A DNA stretch of 64,000 nucleotides, taken from assembly GCA_963772835.1 (NCBI GenBank), contig CAVYYZ010000003.1:32001-96000 (forward strand), given 5' to 3'. Origin of the DNA: an uncultured delta proteobacterium (GTDB taxonomy: Bacteria; Desulfobacterota; Desulfuromonadia; Geobacterales; Pseudopelobacteraceae). Below, piece after piece: positions 9,257 to 17,677 of the stretch (positions are counted from its first letter, which is position 1; every line of letters starts with the position of its first letter). The position numbers were made by a program, and so were the translations under genes. The notes beneath the pieces are model-generated. The model saw only the letters and a program-made list of their open reading frames with translations, ran no database searches and had not been told where the DNA came from.

Positions 9257-10422
9257 ACAAAGGGCTTTCTGTGTACCTCGATAATGCAGCCACTTCATAC
9301 CCAAAGCCTGAGAAGGTGTATGAAGCCGTTCTTCATGCAATGCGTGACGTAGGCGCTTCTCCCGGACGCGGTGGATATCGTCGGTCTCTGGAAGCCGGGC
9401 GGATTCTTTTTAATGCACGTGAGACGGTCGCAGGTTTTTTTTCGATTTCCGATTCGGCCCGGATCATTTTTACCCACAATGCTACCGGTGCTCTCAATCT
9501 GGCGCTGCAGGGCATTCTGGTCTCCGGCGACCATGTTGTTACCACCTCCATGGAACATAATTCTCTGCTGAGGCCGCTGTATGCGCTTCGAAATAGCGGT
9601 GTCGAGATGACGATCGTGCCGGCCGGGCCTGACGGAATGGTCTCTGTAGAGAGTATTCATCGCGCGATACGGGTGAATACCCGAATGATTGCGGTCAGCC
9701 ATGTTTCTAATGTCTGCGGTACTATCCAGCCGATACAGCAGTTAGCCGGTCTTTGCCGCGAAGCAGGTGCACTGTTTCTGGTTGATGCTGCTCAGTCGGC
9801 CGGGCATCTGCCAATTGACGTGGGGGCATGTGATATCGATCTGTTAGCAGTGCCGGGGCATAAAGGGCTTCTCGGGCCGTTTGGAACCGGGCTTTTGTAT
9901 GTGGCGGCTCACGTGCCGCTCAAACCGGTTATTCAGGGCGGAACAGGCAGCCATTCAACGGCTGAAGAGCAGCCGCAGATCATGCCTGACAGCTTCGAGG
10001 CCGGAACTCACAACCTCTCCGGCATTGCCGGATTGCATGCCGGCATAGAATTCATACGCGAGCAGGGGCTTTCAGCTCTGTTTCTGCATGAACAGCACCT
10101 GCTCACACAGGCTGAAAAATCACTGAGAGAGGTTTCGGGGGTAACAATCCATGGCCCGGAAGATCCATCCGACCGTTGCTCGGTACTCTCCTTTACCGCT
10201 TCCGGTGTTGATTCCTCTCTCCTGGCTGCAGAACTTGATCATGGTTTTAATATTGCCGTGCGGGCCGGTCTCCACTGTGCCCCCCTGGCTCATCGGACGC
10301 TGGGAACGGTGCCGGGCGGCACAGTGCGTTTGAGCCCCGGCTGGTTCACGACAAGCGAAGAGATTGCATTCTTTTCTGATGCCGTTGTACAATGCATCGA
10401 TAAAATTCGGAAATCAGCATGA
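9253..10422 (+). CDS. PLP-dependent class V aminotransferase, group II cysteine desulfurase family
   Basis: YLDNAATS, SMEHNS, DAAQSAG, PGHKGL (PLP lysine), RAGLHCAP (catalytic Cys). Confidence 0.92.
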   Translation: MNKGLSVYLDNAATSYPKPEKVYEAVLHAMRDVGASPGRGGYRRSLEAGRILFNARETVAGFFSISDSARIIFTHNATGALNLALQGILVSGDHVVTTSMEHNSLLRPLYALRNSGVEMTIVPAGPDGMVSVESIHRAIRVNTRMIAVSHVSNVCGTIQPIQQLAGLCREAGALFLVDAAQSAGHLPIDVGACDIDLLAVPGHKGLLGPFGTGLLYVAAHVPLKPVIQGGTGSHSTAEEQPQIMPDSFEAGTHNLSGIAGLHAGIEFIREQGLSALFLHEQHLLTQAEKSLREVSGVTIHGPEDPSDRCSVLSFTASGVDSSLLAAELDHGFNIAVRAGLHCAPLAHRTLGTVPGGTVRLSPGWFTTSEEIAFFSDAVVQCIDKIRKSA

Positions 10423-10445
10423 AATTCATATTTAGGAGTTCTGAC

Positions 10446-10709
10446 ATGAAATGGTTGTCAGCGTTGTTTCTGATCCTCAGCATATGTGTGGCCTGTTCGC
10501 TCCCTCCCGAAAAGCCGTTTACGAAGGAGCAGCTCTACAAGACCGGTATTTATACCTATTTTACCGTTGAAGACTCTCCTGAAAGCGTTCTTTCAGCCAT
10601 CAACAAAGATGGTGAAGTCGTGCTTAATGCCAAATATCGTAACCGTGATGTCTGGATAAAACTGCTTGGCAAGCTTGAGGGCATAACCGTCCAGATTATT
10701 GAAAAGTAA
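10446..10709 (+). CDS. Small lipoprotein
   Basis: AGGAG then ATG 10446; hydrophobic leader ending CVAC. Confidence 0.75.
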   Translation: MKWLSALFLILSICVACSLPPEKPFTKEQLYKTGIYTYFTVEDSPESVLSAINKDGEVVLNAKYRNRDVWIKLLGKLEGITVQIIEK

Positions 10710-10760
10710 ATTTCCCGTACCGGCTCCCTGCCGTTATCTACTACCTCCAGAAAGGGACTC

Positions 10761-12077
10761 ATGAAGAACTTTATTCTCGATACGAACGTATTGCTCCACG
10801 ATCCTCAGTCACTGTTCAAATTTCAGGACAACAACATTATCATCCCGATTACCGTAATTGAAGAGGTTGATCGCTTCAAGAAGGACATGAATGAAACCGG
10901 CCGGAACGCCCGGATGGTGTCACGAATTCTTGATTCCATGCGTGAGAAGGGTTCGCTTGCATCCGGTGTTACCATGCCTGGTGGCGGAACGCTGCGGATC
11001 GAGATGTTTGCTGAAAAATACTTCAAAAATCTGCCGGTAGATCTGCGGGTGGACAACGGAGATAACCGGATAATTGCTGTGGCACAGGAAGTTCGTGACC
11101 GGTTTCCCGACTCCATAACCATTTTTGTGACCAAAGATTCCAATCTGCGGATCAAGTCCGATGTTATCGGACTGATGGCGGAAGATTATGAGAACGACAA
11201 AGTCGATGTCCAGGATCTTTATTCCGGGACCCGGTCAATAGAGGTGCCGCCTGACGCTGTTGACCGTTTTTATGGTCAGGGATGGCTTGAAGCTCCGTGT
11301 GCAATGGCGCCCAACGAGTTCATCACGATCGTAGACAGCACAAACCCGAATCATTCAGCCATTTGTCGCAACGATCCCGCAAATTCCCGTATTGTCCCCG
11401 TTCGCAAGGTGCCGAAAGAGGGCATCTGGAGCCTTTTCCCGCGCAACAGGGAACAGTCTTTTGCCCTTGATGTGCTGATGGATGACAACATCAAGCTGGT
11501 GACACTGGTAGGCAAGGCAGGAACCGGCAAGACGCTGCTTGCCATTGCTGCCGGTCTGCATAAAACCGCCGAGGAAAATATGTATAATCGTCTGCTGGTT
11601 TCGCGTCCGGTCTTTCCTATGGGTAAAGACCTTGGTTTCCTGCCGGGAGATATTGAAGAAAAACTGACCCCCTGGATGCAGCCGATATTTGATAATGTCG
11701 AATTGCTGATTTCCGGGCATGAGTCTGAAAAACGGCACAGCAAAGGGTACAAGGAGTTGATGGCTATGGGGCTCCTCGATATCGAACCGCTGACGTATAT
11801 CCGTGGCCGTTCAATCCCGAATCAGTACCTGATCGTCGACGAGGCGCAGAACCTGACACCCCACGAGATCAAGACAATTGTCACCAGAGTCGGTGAAGGG
11901 ACTAAGATTGTTCTGACCGGAGATCCCTACCAGATTGACAATCCGTATGTTGATTCCTCCAGCAACGGACTGACCTATCTTGTTGAAAAATTCAAGGGGC
12001 AGCGAATTGCCGCGCATGTGACGCTAACCAAAGGCGAGCGTTCTGAATTGGCCGAACTGGCTGCGAATCTACTGTAA
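10761..12077 (+). CDS. PIN domain-PhoH ATPase fusion (PhoH2/YlaK family)
   Basis: N-terminal ILDTNVLL (PIN), GKAGTGKT, GFLPG, YIRGRS, DEAQN, GDPYQID. Confidence 0.95.
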   Translation: MKNFILDTNVLLHDPQSLFKFQDNNIIIPITVIEEVDRFKKDMNETGRNARMVSRILDSMREKGSLASGVTMPGGGTLRIEMFAEKYFKNLPVDLRVDNGDNRIIAVAQEVRDRFPDSITIFVTKDSNLRIKSDVIGLMAEDYENDKVDVQDLYSGTRSIEVPPDAVDRFYGQGWLEAPCAMAPNEFITIVDSTNPNHSAICRNDPANSRIVPVRKVPKEGIWSLFPRNREQSFALDVLMDDNIKLVTLVGKAGTGKTLLAIAAGLHKTAEENMYNRLLVSRPVFPMGKDLGFLPGDIEEKLTPWMQPIFDNVELLISGHESEKRHSKGYKELMAMGLLDIEPLTYIRGRSIPNQYLIVDEAQNLTPHEIKTIVTRVGEGTKIVLTGDPYQIDNPYVDSSSNGLTYLVEKFKGQRIAAHVTLTKGERSELAELAANLL

Positions 12078-12109
12078 AAACCGGACGATCCTCAAGGTTT
12101 TGTGAACAC

Positions 12110-13132
12110 ATGATATTACTTTCCATCGAAACATCCTGTGATGAAACGGCCGCAGCCGTTGTACGCGACGGCCGTGAAATTCTCTCCTCGGTTATTTCCT
12201 CCCAGGTTGCCATTCATGCGGAATACGGCGGTGTTGTCCCGGAAATCGCTTCACGAAAGCATCTGGAATCAATCGTTCCCGTTATCGGTCAGGCGCTTCA
12301 GGATGCGTCTGTCGGCATGGGAGAGCTTGAAGGGGTTGCTGTTACCCGTGGTCCAGGCTTGTCCGGGGCTCTGCTGGTCGGTTTTTCAGCGGCCAAGGCA
12401 ATTGCTGCAGCTCGAAAAATACCCTTCGTCGGTGTGCATCATATCGAAGGGCATCTGTTCGCACCATTTCTGGAAAAACCGGTTCCTTTTCCCTTCCTGG
12501 CTTTGGTTGTTTCCGGTGGTCACACCCATCTCTATCATGTCGAAGGTTTCGGTCACTATACGACACTTGGCAGAACTATCGATGATGCAGCGGGTGAGGC
12601 CTATGACAAATGCGCTAAAATTATGGGGATGCCATATCCGGGCGGGGCACTTATTGACCGGATGGCGCAAAACGGAAATCCTGTTGCAATCCGACTGCCG
12701 AGGCCGATGCTTCATGACGGCACACTTAACTTCAGCTTCAGCGGTCTGAAAACGGCGGTACTGCACCAGACCGTGAAAAATCCTGTTTCTCTACCGAGCC
12801 AGGCAGCAGATGATCTGTGTGCCTCTTTCCAGGAGGCTGTCTGCCATGTCCTTGCTGCAAAGACCGAGAGTGCAATTCTGCATACCGGCGCCGTCCGCCT
12901 GGTCGTCGCGGGAGGAGTCGCCTGTAACAGCGGTCTGCGGCAACGCATGACAGCTCTCTGCGGAAAACTGGGCGTCGAGCTCTCCATTCCGCATTTTTCA
13001 TTGTGCGGCGACAATGCTGCAATGCTTGCGGTTCCGGGTGACTATTATCTTTCCCATGGTCATATTTCAGGCAATTCGCTGGATGTCACCGCCACCTGGA
13101 ATATGGATAGTATAAAGGAATCAATGAAATGA
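12110..13132 (+). CDS. tsaD: tRNA t6A threonylcarbamoyltransferase TsaD
   Basis: IETSCDETA, GGVVPEIASRKH, HHIEGH, VSGGHT, DDAAGEAYDK, GGVACN, DNAAM. Confidence 0.97.
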   Translation: MILLSIETSCDETAAAVVRDGREILSSVISSQVAIHAEYGGVVPEIASRKHLESIVPVIGQALQDASVGMGELEGVAVTRGPGLSGALLVGFSAAKAIAAARKIPFVGVHHIEGHLFAPFLEKPVPFPFLALVVSGGHTHLYHVEGFGHYTTLGRTIDDAAGEAYDKCAKIMGMPYPGGALIDRMAQNGNPVAIRLPRPMLHDGTLNFSFSGLKTAVLHQTVKNPVSLPSQAADDLCASFQEAVCHVLAAKTESAILHTGAVRLVVAGGVACNSGLRQRMTALCGKLGVELSIPHFSLCGDNAAMLAVPGDYYLSHGHISGNSLDVTATWNMDSIKESMK

Positions 13133-13959
13133 GCTCAACCAGGCGCCCTTTGAAATCACTCGGACAGAACTTTCTGGTTGATGAAAATATCATCGACAGA
13201 ATTATTCAGGCCGCTGACATCCGGCCAGACCAGCCCGTTCTTGAAATCGGCCCGGGGAGGGGTGCTTTGACCAGGCACCTGGTCGACCGTGCAGGACGGC
13301 TTGTGCTGATCGAATTTGATCACGCTCTGGCGGCTTTTCATCGCAATCAGCAAAAGGATAATCAGGATGTTACCGTTATTGACGGAGATGTGCTGAAGGT
13401 CGACCTTGACGGACTTCTCTCCGGAACTCCCCGGAAATGGAATGTGGTCGCCAATCTCCCGTACAACATATCGACCGAGGTATTGTTCCGCTTGTACGAC
13501 GTTCACGACAAACTGGCCCGCATGACCCTTATGCTGCAAAAGGAGGTCGGAGACCGATTGGCGGCACCCCCGGACTGCTCTGCGTATGGCGTCACCACCG
13601 TGCTTCTCGGATTGTGGTTTGACATCCGCCGCGTTTTTGTTGTGCACCCGGGCAGTTTCCATCCGAGTCCAAAAGTCGATTCTGCAGTTCTTAATTTCAT
13701 TCCCCTTTCTGAGCCGCGAGCTGATGTCGGTGATGAAGACGTTTTCAGGAGTGTTGTTAAAAGCGCCTTTTCAATGCGTCGCAAGACGCTTGTAAACTGC
13801 CTTAAATCCGCTGAATTCGCTAAACATGTCGATTGTAACGAACTGCTGGAGACGTCTGCTATCGACGGTCGCAGGAGGGGGGAAACACTTTCCCTTGAAG
13901 AGTTTGCCTCCCTGTCCCGCCACGTGACGGCAGCATTACGAGCCGCTTCCGCATCATGA
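13129..13959 (+). CDS. rsmA: 16S rRNA dimethyladenosine methyltransferase RsmA/KsgA
   Basis: LGQNFL, LEIGPGRG, ANLPYNIS, PKVDS, RRKTL. Confidence 0.97.
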   Translation: MSSTRRPLKSLGQNFLVDENIIDRIIQAADIRPDQPVLEIGPGRGALTRHLVDRAGRLVLIEFDHALAAFHRNQQKDNQDVTVIDGDVLKVDLDGLLSGTPRKWNVVANLPYNISTEVLFRLYDVHDKLARMTLMLQKEVGDRLAAPPDCSAYGVTTVLLGLWFDIRRVFVVHPGSFHPSPKVDSAVLNFIPLSEPRADVGDEDVFRSVVKSAFSMRRKTLVNCLKSAEFAKHVDCNELLETSAIDGRRRGETLSLEEFASLSRHVTAALRAASAS

Positions 13960-15335
13960 CGGAAGTATTGGGATATGGTGTCGTTCTGATCCTTCTGGCC
14001 TGTCTGGGGCTGCTTTTCATGCTGTTCGTGAAAGGAAGGGGAGGGTCAGATGAAAATGGTGACCTTCAGAAAAAAATTGACGGTATTGAAAAACTGCTGG
14101 AGCGGCATGAGCGGATTCTGCGGGAGGAACTTGCGCGGGGCCGCGAGGAGTCTCACGATGGTTCCCGCCGCATACGGGAAGAGATGACCGGCAGTATAAC
14201 TGTGCTGGGAGATTCGTTGTCGAAGCGGATGGGCGAAATTGCCGGTCTGCAGAAAAATCAACTGGAACTGTTCGCAGCCCGATTGAAGGAGCTGACTTCG
14301 AGTAATGAAGGACGTCTTGACAAATTACGTGAAGGAGTCGATTCCCGGCTTACGCTGATTCAGGAAGATAATGCCCGTAAGCTGGAACAGATCCGCGCAA
14401 CTGTCGATGAAAAGCTGCACGATACCCTTGAAAAGCGCCTGGGGGAATCATTCAAGCTGGTCAGTGAACGGCTCGAACTCGTGCAGCGTGGCCTGGGTGA
14501 AATGCAATCACTCGCTAACGGAGTCGGTGATCTGAAAAAAGTACTGACGAATGTCAAAACACGCGGGACGTTCGGAGAAATTCAGCTGGGAAGTCTGCTC
14601 GAGCAGATTCTGGCTCCCGGGCAGTACGATTCAAACGTTGAAACCAGAAAAGGAAGCGGCCAGCGTGTTGAATTCGCCCTGAAACTGCCGGGGCGCGATG
14701 GTACTGCGGATGGTATGGTCTGGCTGCCTCTGGATGCGAAGTTTCCGCAGGAGGATTACCTGCGGCTGGTGGAGGCCCAGGATGCTGCGGATGTATCAGC
14801 AGCCGTCGAATCAAGGAAACAGCTTGATCGTTCAGTGAGGGAGATGGCGAAAACAATCCGCGACAAATATCTTGACCCGCCCCATACAACCGATTTCGGG
14901 GTCATGTTTCTGCCGACTGAAGGGTTGTATGCCGAGGTCTTGCGCCTGCCGGGACTTTTTGAAGCTTTGCAGCGGGATTTCAAGGTCATGGTGGCCGGTC
15001 CGACCACACTGGCAGCGCTGCTGAACAGTCTGCAGATGGGGTTCAGGACGCTTGCAATCGAAAAACGTTCTGCCGAAGTATGGAATCTGCTCGGGGCGGT
15101 TCGTACGGAATTTTCAAAATTCGGAGTGATTCTGGAGAAAACCCGTAAAAAGCTTGTGGAGGCTGGTAATCATATCGATCTGGCTGCCACCAGGACCAGG
15201 GTCATTGAGCGTAAATTACGTGACGTGCAGGATGTGCCGAGTCAGAAAACAGAAGCTCTTCCGGATGATGTTTTCGAGTGTGAAGAGTGTGCAGATGATT
15301 ATAATGAAATCAAAGATCAGGAGCCGGTGTCGTGA
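13956..15335 (+). CDS. rmuC: DNA recombination protein RmuC
   Basis: N-terminal TM helix, coiled coil, NVKTRGTFGE, LDAKFP, TTDFGVMFLPTEG, GPTTL. Confidence 0.93.
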   Translation: MTEVLGYGVVLILLACLGLLFMLFVKGRGGSDENGDLQKKIDGIEKLLERHERILREELARGREESHDGSRRIREEMTGSITVLGDSLSKRMGEIAGLQKNQLELFAARLKELTSSNEGRLDKLREGVDSRLTLIQEDNARKLEQIRATVDEKLHDTLEKRLGESFKLVSERLELVQRGLGEMQSLANGVGDLKKVLTNVKTRGTFGEIQLGSLLEQILAPGQYDSNVETRKGSGQRVEFALKLPGRDGTADGMVWLPLDAKFPQEDYLRLVEAQDAADVSAAVESRKQLDRSVREMAKTIRDKYLDPPHTTDFGVMFLPTEGLYAEVLRLPGLFEALQRDFKVMVAGPTTLAALLNSLQMGFRTLAIEKRSAEVWNLLGAVRTEFSKFGVILEKTRKKLVEAGNHIDLAATRTRVIERKLRDVQDVPSQKTEALPDDVFECEECADDYNEIKDQEPVS

Positions 15336-15943
15336 TAATTGAAATAAACCCGGATTATCCACACCCACACAAGATTTTACGGGTTGTGGACAGCCTCAAA
15401 AACGGCGGGGTAATCGCCTACCCGACCGATACAACCTATGGAATCGGTTGTTCAATTTTTTGTAAAAAAAGTATCGAGAGAATCTATCAGATGAAACAGC
15501 GTGATCGTCGCAAACCGTTCTCGGTCATCTGTTCCTCTCTGTCAGAAATATCCCGTTATGCTAAGGTCAGCAACTCTGCTTTCAAGATAATAAAACGTTA
15601 TCTGCCAGGGCCATACACATTCGTTTTTGAAGCGACCCGTGAAGTTCCCGATCTGCTTCTTACCCGCCAGAAAACTGTCGGGATCCGTATCCCGGATAAC
15701 AGGATATGCAGCGACCTTGTGACCGCACTGGGCAATCCGATTATAACAACCAGCGCCAATCTTTCCGGTGAAGAACCGGAAGGGGACCCTCACACCATTG
15801 CGGAAACATTTGGCAGTCAGCTCGATTTTGTCATTGACGGTGGTATTCTGACAACTGATGTCAGCTCAGTCGTGAGCCTTATCGGTGCAGTCCCGGAGGT
15901 CTTGCGGGCCGGTCTTGGGGATGTTTCGTGGTGTATCGCCTGA
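15332..15943 (+). CDS. Sua5/YciO/YrdC family protein
   Basis: AYPTDTTYGIGC, LPGPYTF, VGIRIP, TTSANLSG. Confidence 0.92.
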   Translation: MIIEINPDYPHPHKILRVVDSLKNGGVIAYPTDTTYGIGCSIFCKKSIERIYQMKQRDRRKPFSVICSSLSEISRYAKVSNSAFKIIKRYLPGPYTFVFEATREVPDLLLTRQKTVGIRIPDNRICSDLVTALGNPIITTSANLSGEEPEGDPHTIAETFGSQLDFVIDGGILTTDVSSVVSLIGAVPEVLRAGLGDVSWCIA

Positions 15944-15955
15944 AAGGGGTGATCT

Positions 15956-16321
15956 GTGCGTAAACGTACCGTCAGAAATGGTATGCGCATGGTCATGGCG
16001 GCTTTGATGCTGATTATCATCGCCAGTTTTTATCATGCCCCGCTGTCCGATCTGTTCTTGTTATCATCAAGTGCAGAAAGCAGAATATACCGTCTTGGCA
16101 TGTTCTGGGCGGTGGCGATCGGAAGCTATGGTGTTGTCCTGGCAGCATTCGGCTTGGCGCTTTCACCGCTCAAAAACGATTTCCAGATCCGTCTCATGCC
16201 TGTTTTTCTGATGGTAACAGCCATGATAGTTCTCTTTTTTTATCTGCTTACCTCTTCAATTGAGGCTCAGCCCGGTAATGAGCAGAGGAGAGTGCGCCCG
16301 GGAGAAACGATTACGATTTAA
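15956..16321 (+). CDS. Hypothetical membrane protein (3 TM)
   Basis: GGGGTG RBS before GTG; three hydrophobic segments; fills the gap in the operon. Confidence 0.7.
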   Translation: MRKRTVRNGMRMVMAALMLIIIASFYHAPLSDLFLLSSSAESRIYRLGMFWAVAIGSYGVVLAAFGLALSPLKNDFQIRLMPVFLMVTAMIVLFFYLLTSSIEAQPGNEQRRVRPGETITI

Positions 16322-16357
16322 AAACGTCAGTTACACGCAAAAGATGCGAGGCGCACC

Positions 16358-17650
16358 ATGAAAAATCAGAATATTCCTGATCGGCTGCAGACAGAGTTCC
16401 CGGACGACTGGCACGGCCTTAAAGGGCGTTTTTTTTCGATTCTCCGGGTCATCCATTCAGTCACTTCCAATTTTACTACTCATCAGGGGCCCATGCGTGC
16501 CGCTGCTCTTACCTACACTACGGTTCTTTCGCTTGTCCCGTTTCTCGCGATTGCATTTTCAGTTCTTAAAGGTCTTGGAGCGCAAAATGCGCTAGAGCCG
16601 TTGCTGCAGCAGCTGGCCGGCGATTCCGAGGATACAATTTCGCGCCTTGTCGCCTATGTAAACAATACCAACATGAAGTCAGTGGGGGCGATCGGTCTGG
16701 TGATGCTGGTTGTCACAGTCGTCTCCCTGATGGGAAGCATCGAGGAGGCTTTCAATGCTGTCTGGGGAGTGCGGGAAACCCGGTCGCTTCAAAGACGCTT
16801 CAGTGATTACCTGAGTGTTGTTGTCGTAGGGCCGATCCTGCTGATCGCTGCAACCAGTATGACATCTTCTCTACAGAGTCAATGGGTGCTGCAGTGGTTA
16901 ATTCATAACACCTATCTCGGCGATGCAATATTGATGCTGTTTCGTTTTTTACCGTACCTCAGTGTATGGATCGCCATGGTTTTTCTGTACATTTTTATTC
17001 CGAATACCAGAATTCGTTTTGCTTCCGCCGTTACGGGCGGGGTTATTGCCGGTACTGCGTGGCAATTGGCTCAGTGGGGCTATTTTCACTTTCAAGTCGG
17101 TGTCGCCAACTACAATGCAATATACGGGACTCTGGCCGCGCTTCCTGTTTTTCTGATCTGGATCTATACAAGCTGGCTCATTGTGCTGTACGGTCTCGAA
17201 ATAGTATTTGCCCATCAACATCATGGTCATGGCCTGTCCGGAGCCGGTATGTTCAATTTGACTGTCACCGCTCGCGAAGAACTGGCTCTGGCGTTGCTGG
17301 TGCAGGTGAGCCTCCATTTTCAGAGTGGGGGCTCACCCCCGTCTGCACAGTTTCTGGCCGATGAGCTGAATGTACCGCTTCTGCAGCTCGACTCTGTTTT
17401 CGATGAGATGTCGAAGCTGGGGTACCTTGTTGAGACTTCGGGCAGCCGGCCCGGGTGGCTGCCCGCACATGACCCCTCTGTGGTTCAGGTACATGAGGTT
17501 ATCAAGGCGTTGCGCGGTGTTTCAGTGAGGCAGCTTACAACACCGGTACTTCAGCTGGCAGAAGATGTCATACGCCAGGGTTGGGAAGGCGGTAGAGACG
17601 GTCTTGAAGGTGTGACTGTACGCGACCTGCTGAAAAAGGCGGTAACGTAA
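16358..17650 (+). CDS. YihY/BrkB family inner membrane protein with C-terminal HTH-like domain
   Basis: AAALTYTTVLSLVP, IEEAFNAVW, YNAIYGTLAALP; soluble C-terminal tail. Confidence 0.9.
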   Translation: MKNQNIPDRLQTEFPDDWHGLKGRFFSILRVIHSVTSNFTTHQGPMRAAALTYTTVLSLVPFLAIAFSVLKGLGAQNALEPLLQQLAGDSEDTISRLVAYVNNTNMKSVGAIGLVMLVVTVVSLMGSIEEAFNAVWGVRETRSLQRRFSDYLSVVVVGPILLIAATSMTSSLQSQWVLQWLIHNTYLGDAILMLFRFLPYLSVWIAMVFLYIFIPNTRIRFASAVTGGVIAGTAWQLAQWGYFHFQVGVANYNAIYGTLAALPVFLIWIYTSWLIVLYGLEIVFAHQHHGHGLSGAGMFNLTVTAREELALALLVQVSLHFQSGGSPPSAQFLADELNVPLLQLDSVFDEMSKLGYLVETSGSRPGWLPAHDPSVVQVHEVIKALRGVSVRQLTTPVLQLAEDVIRQGWEGGRDGLEGVTVRDLLKKAVT

Positions 17651-17677
17651 GATTTTTTATGCGACAACGGGGAAAAA

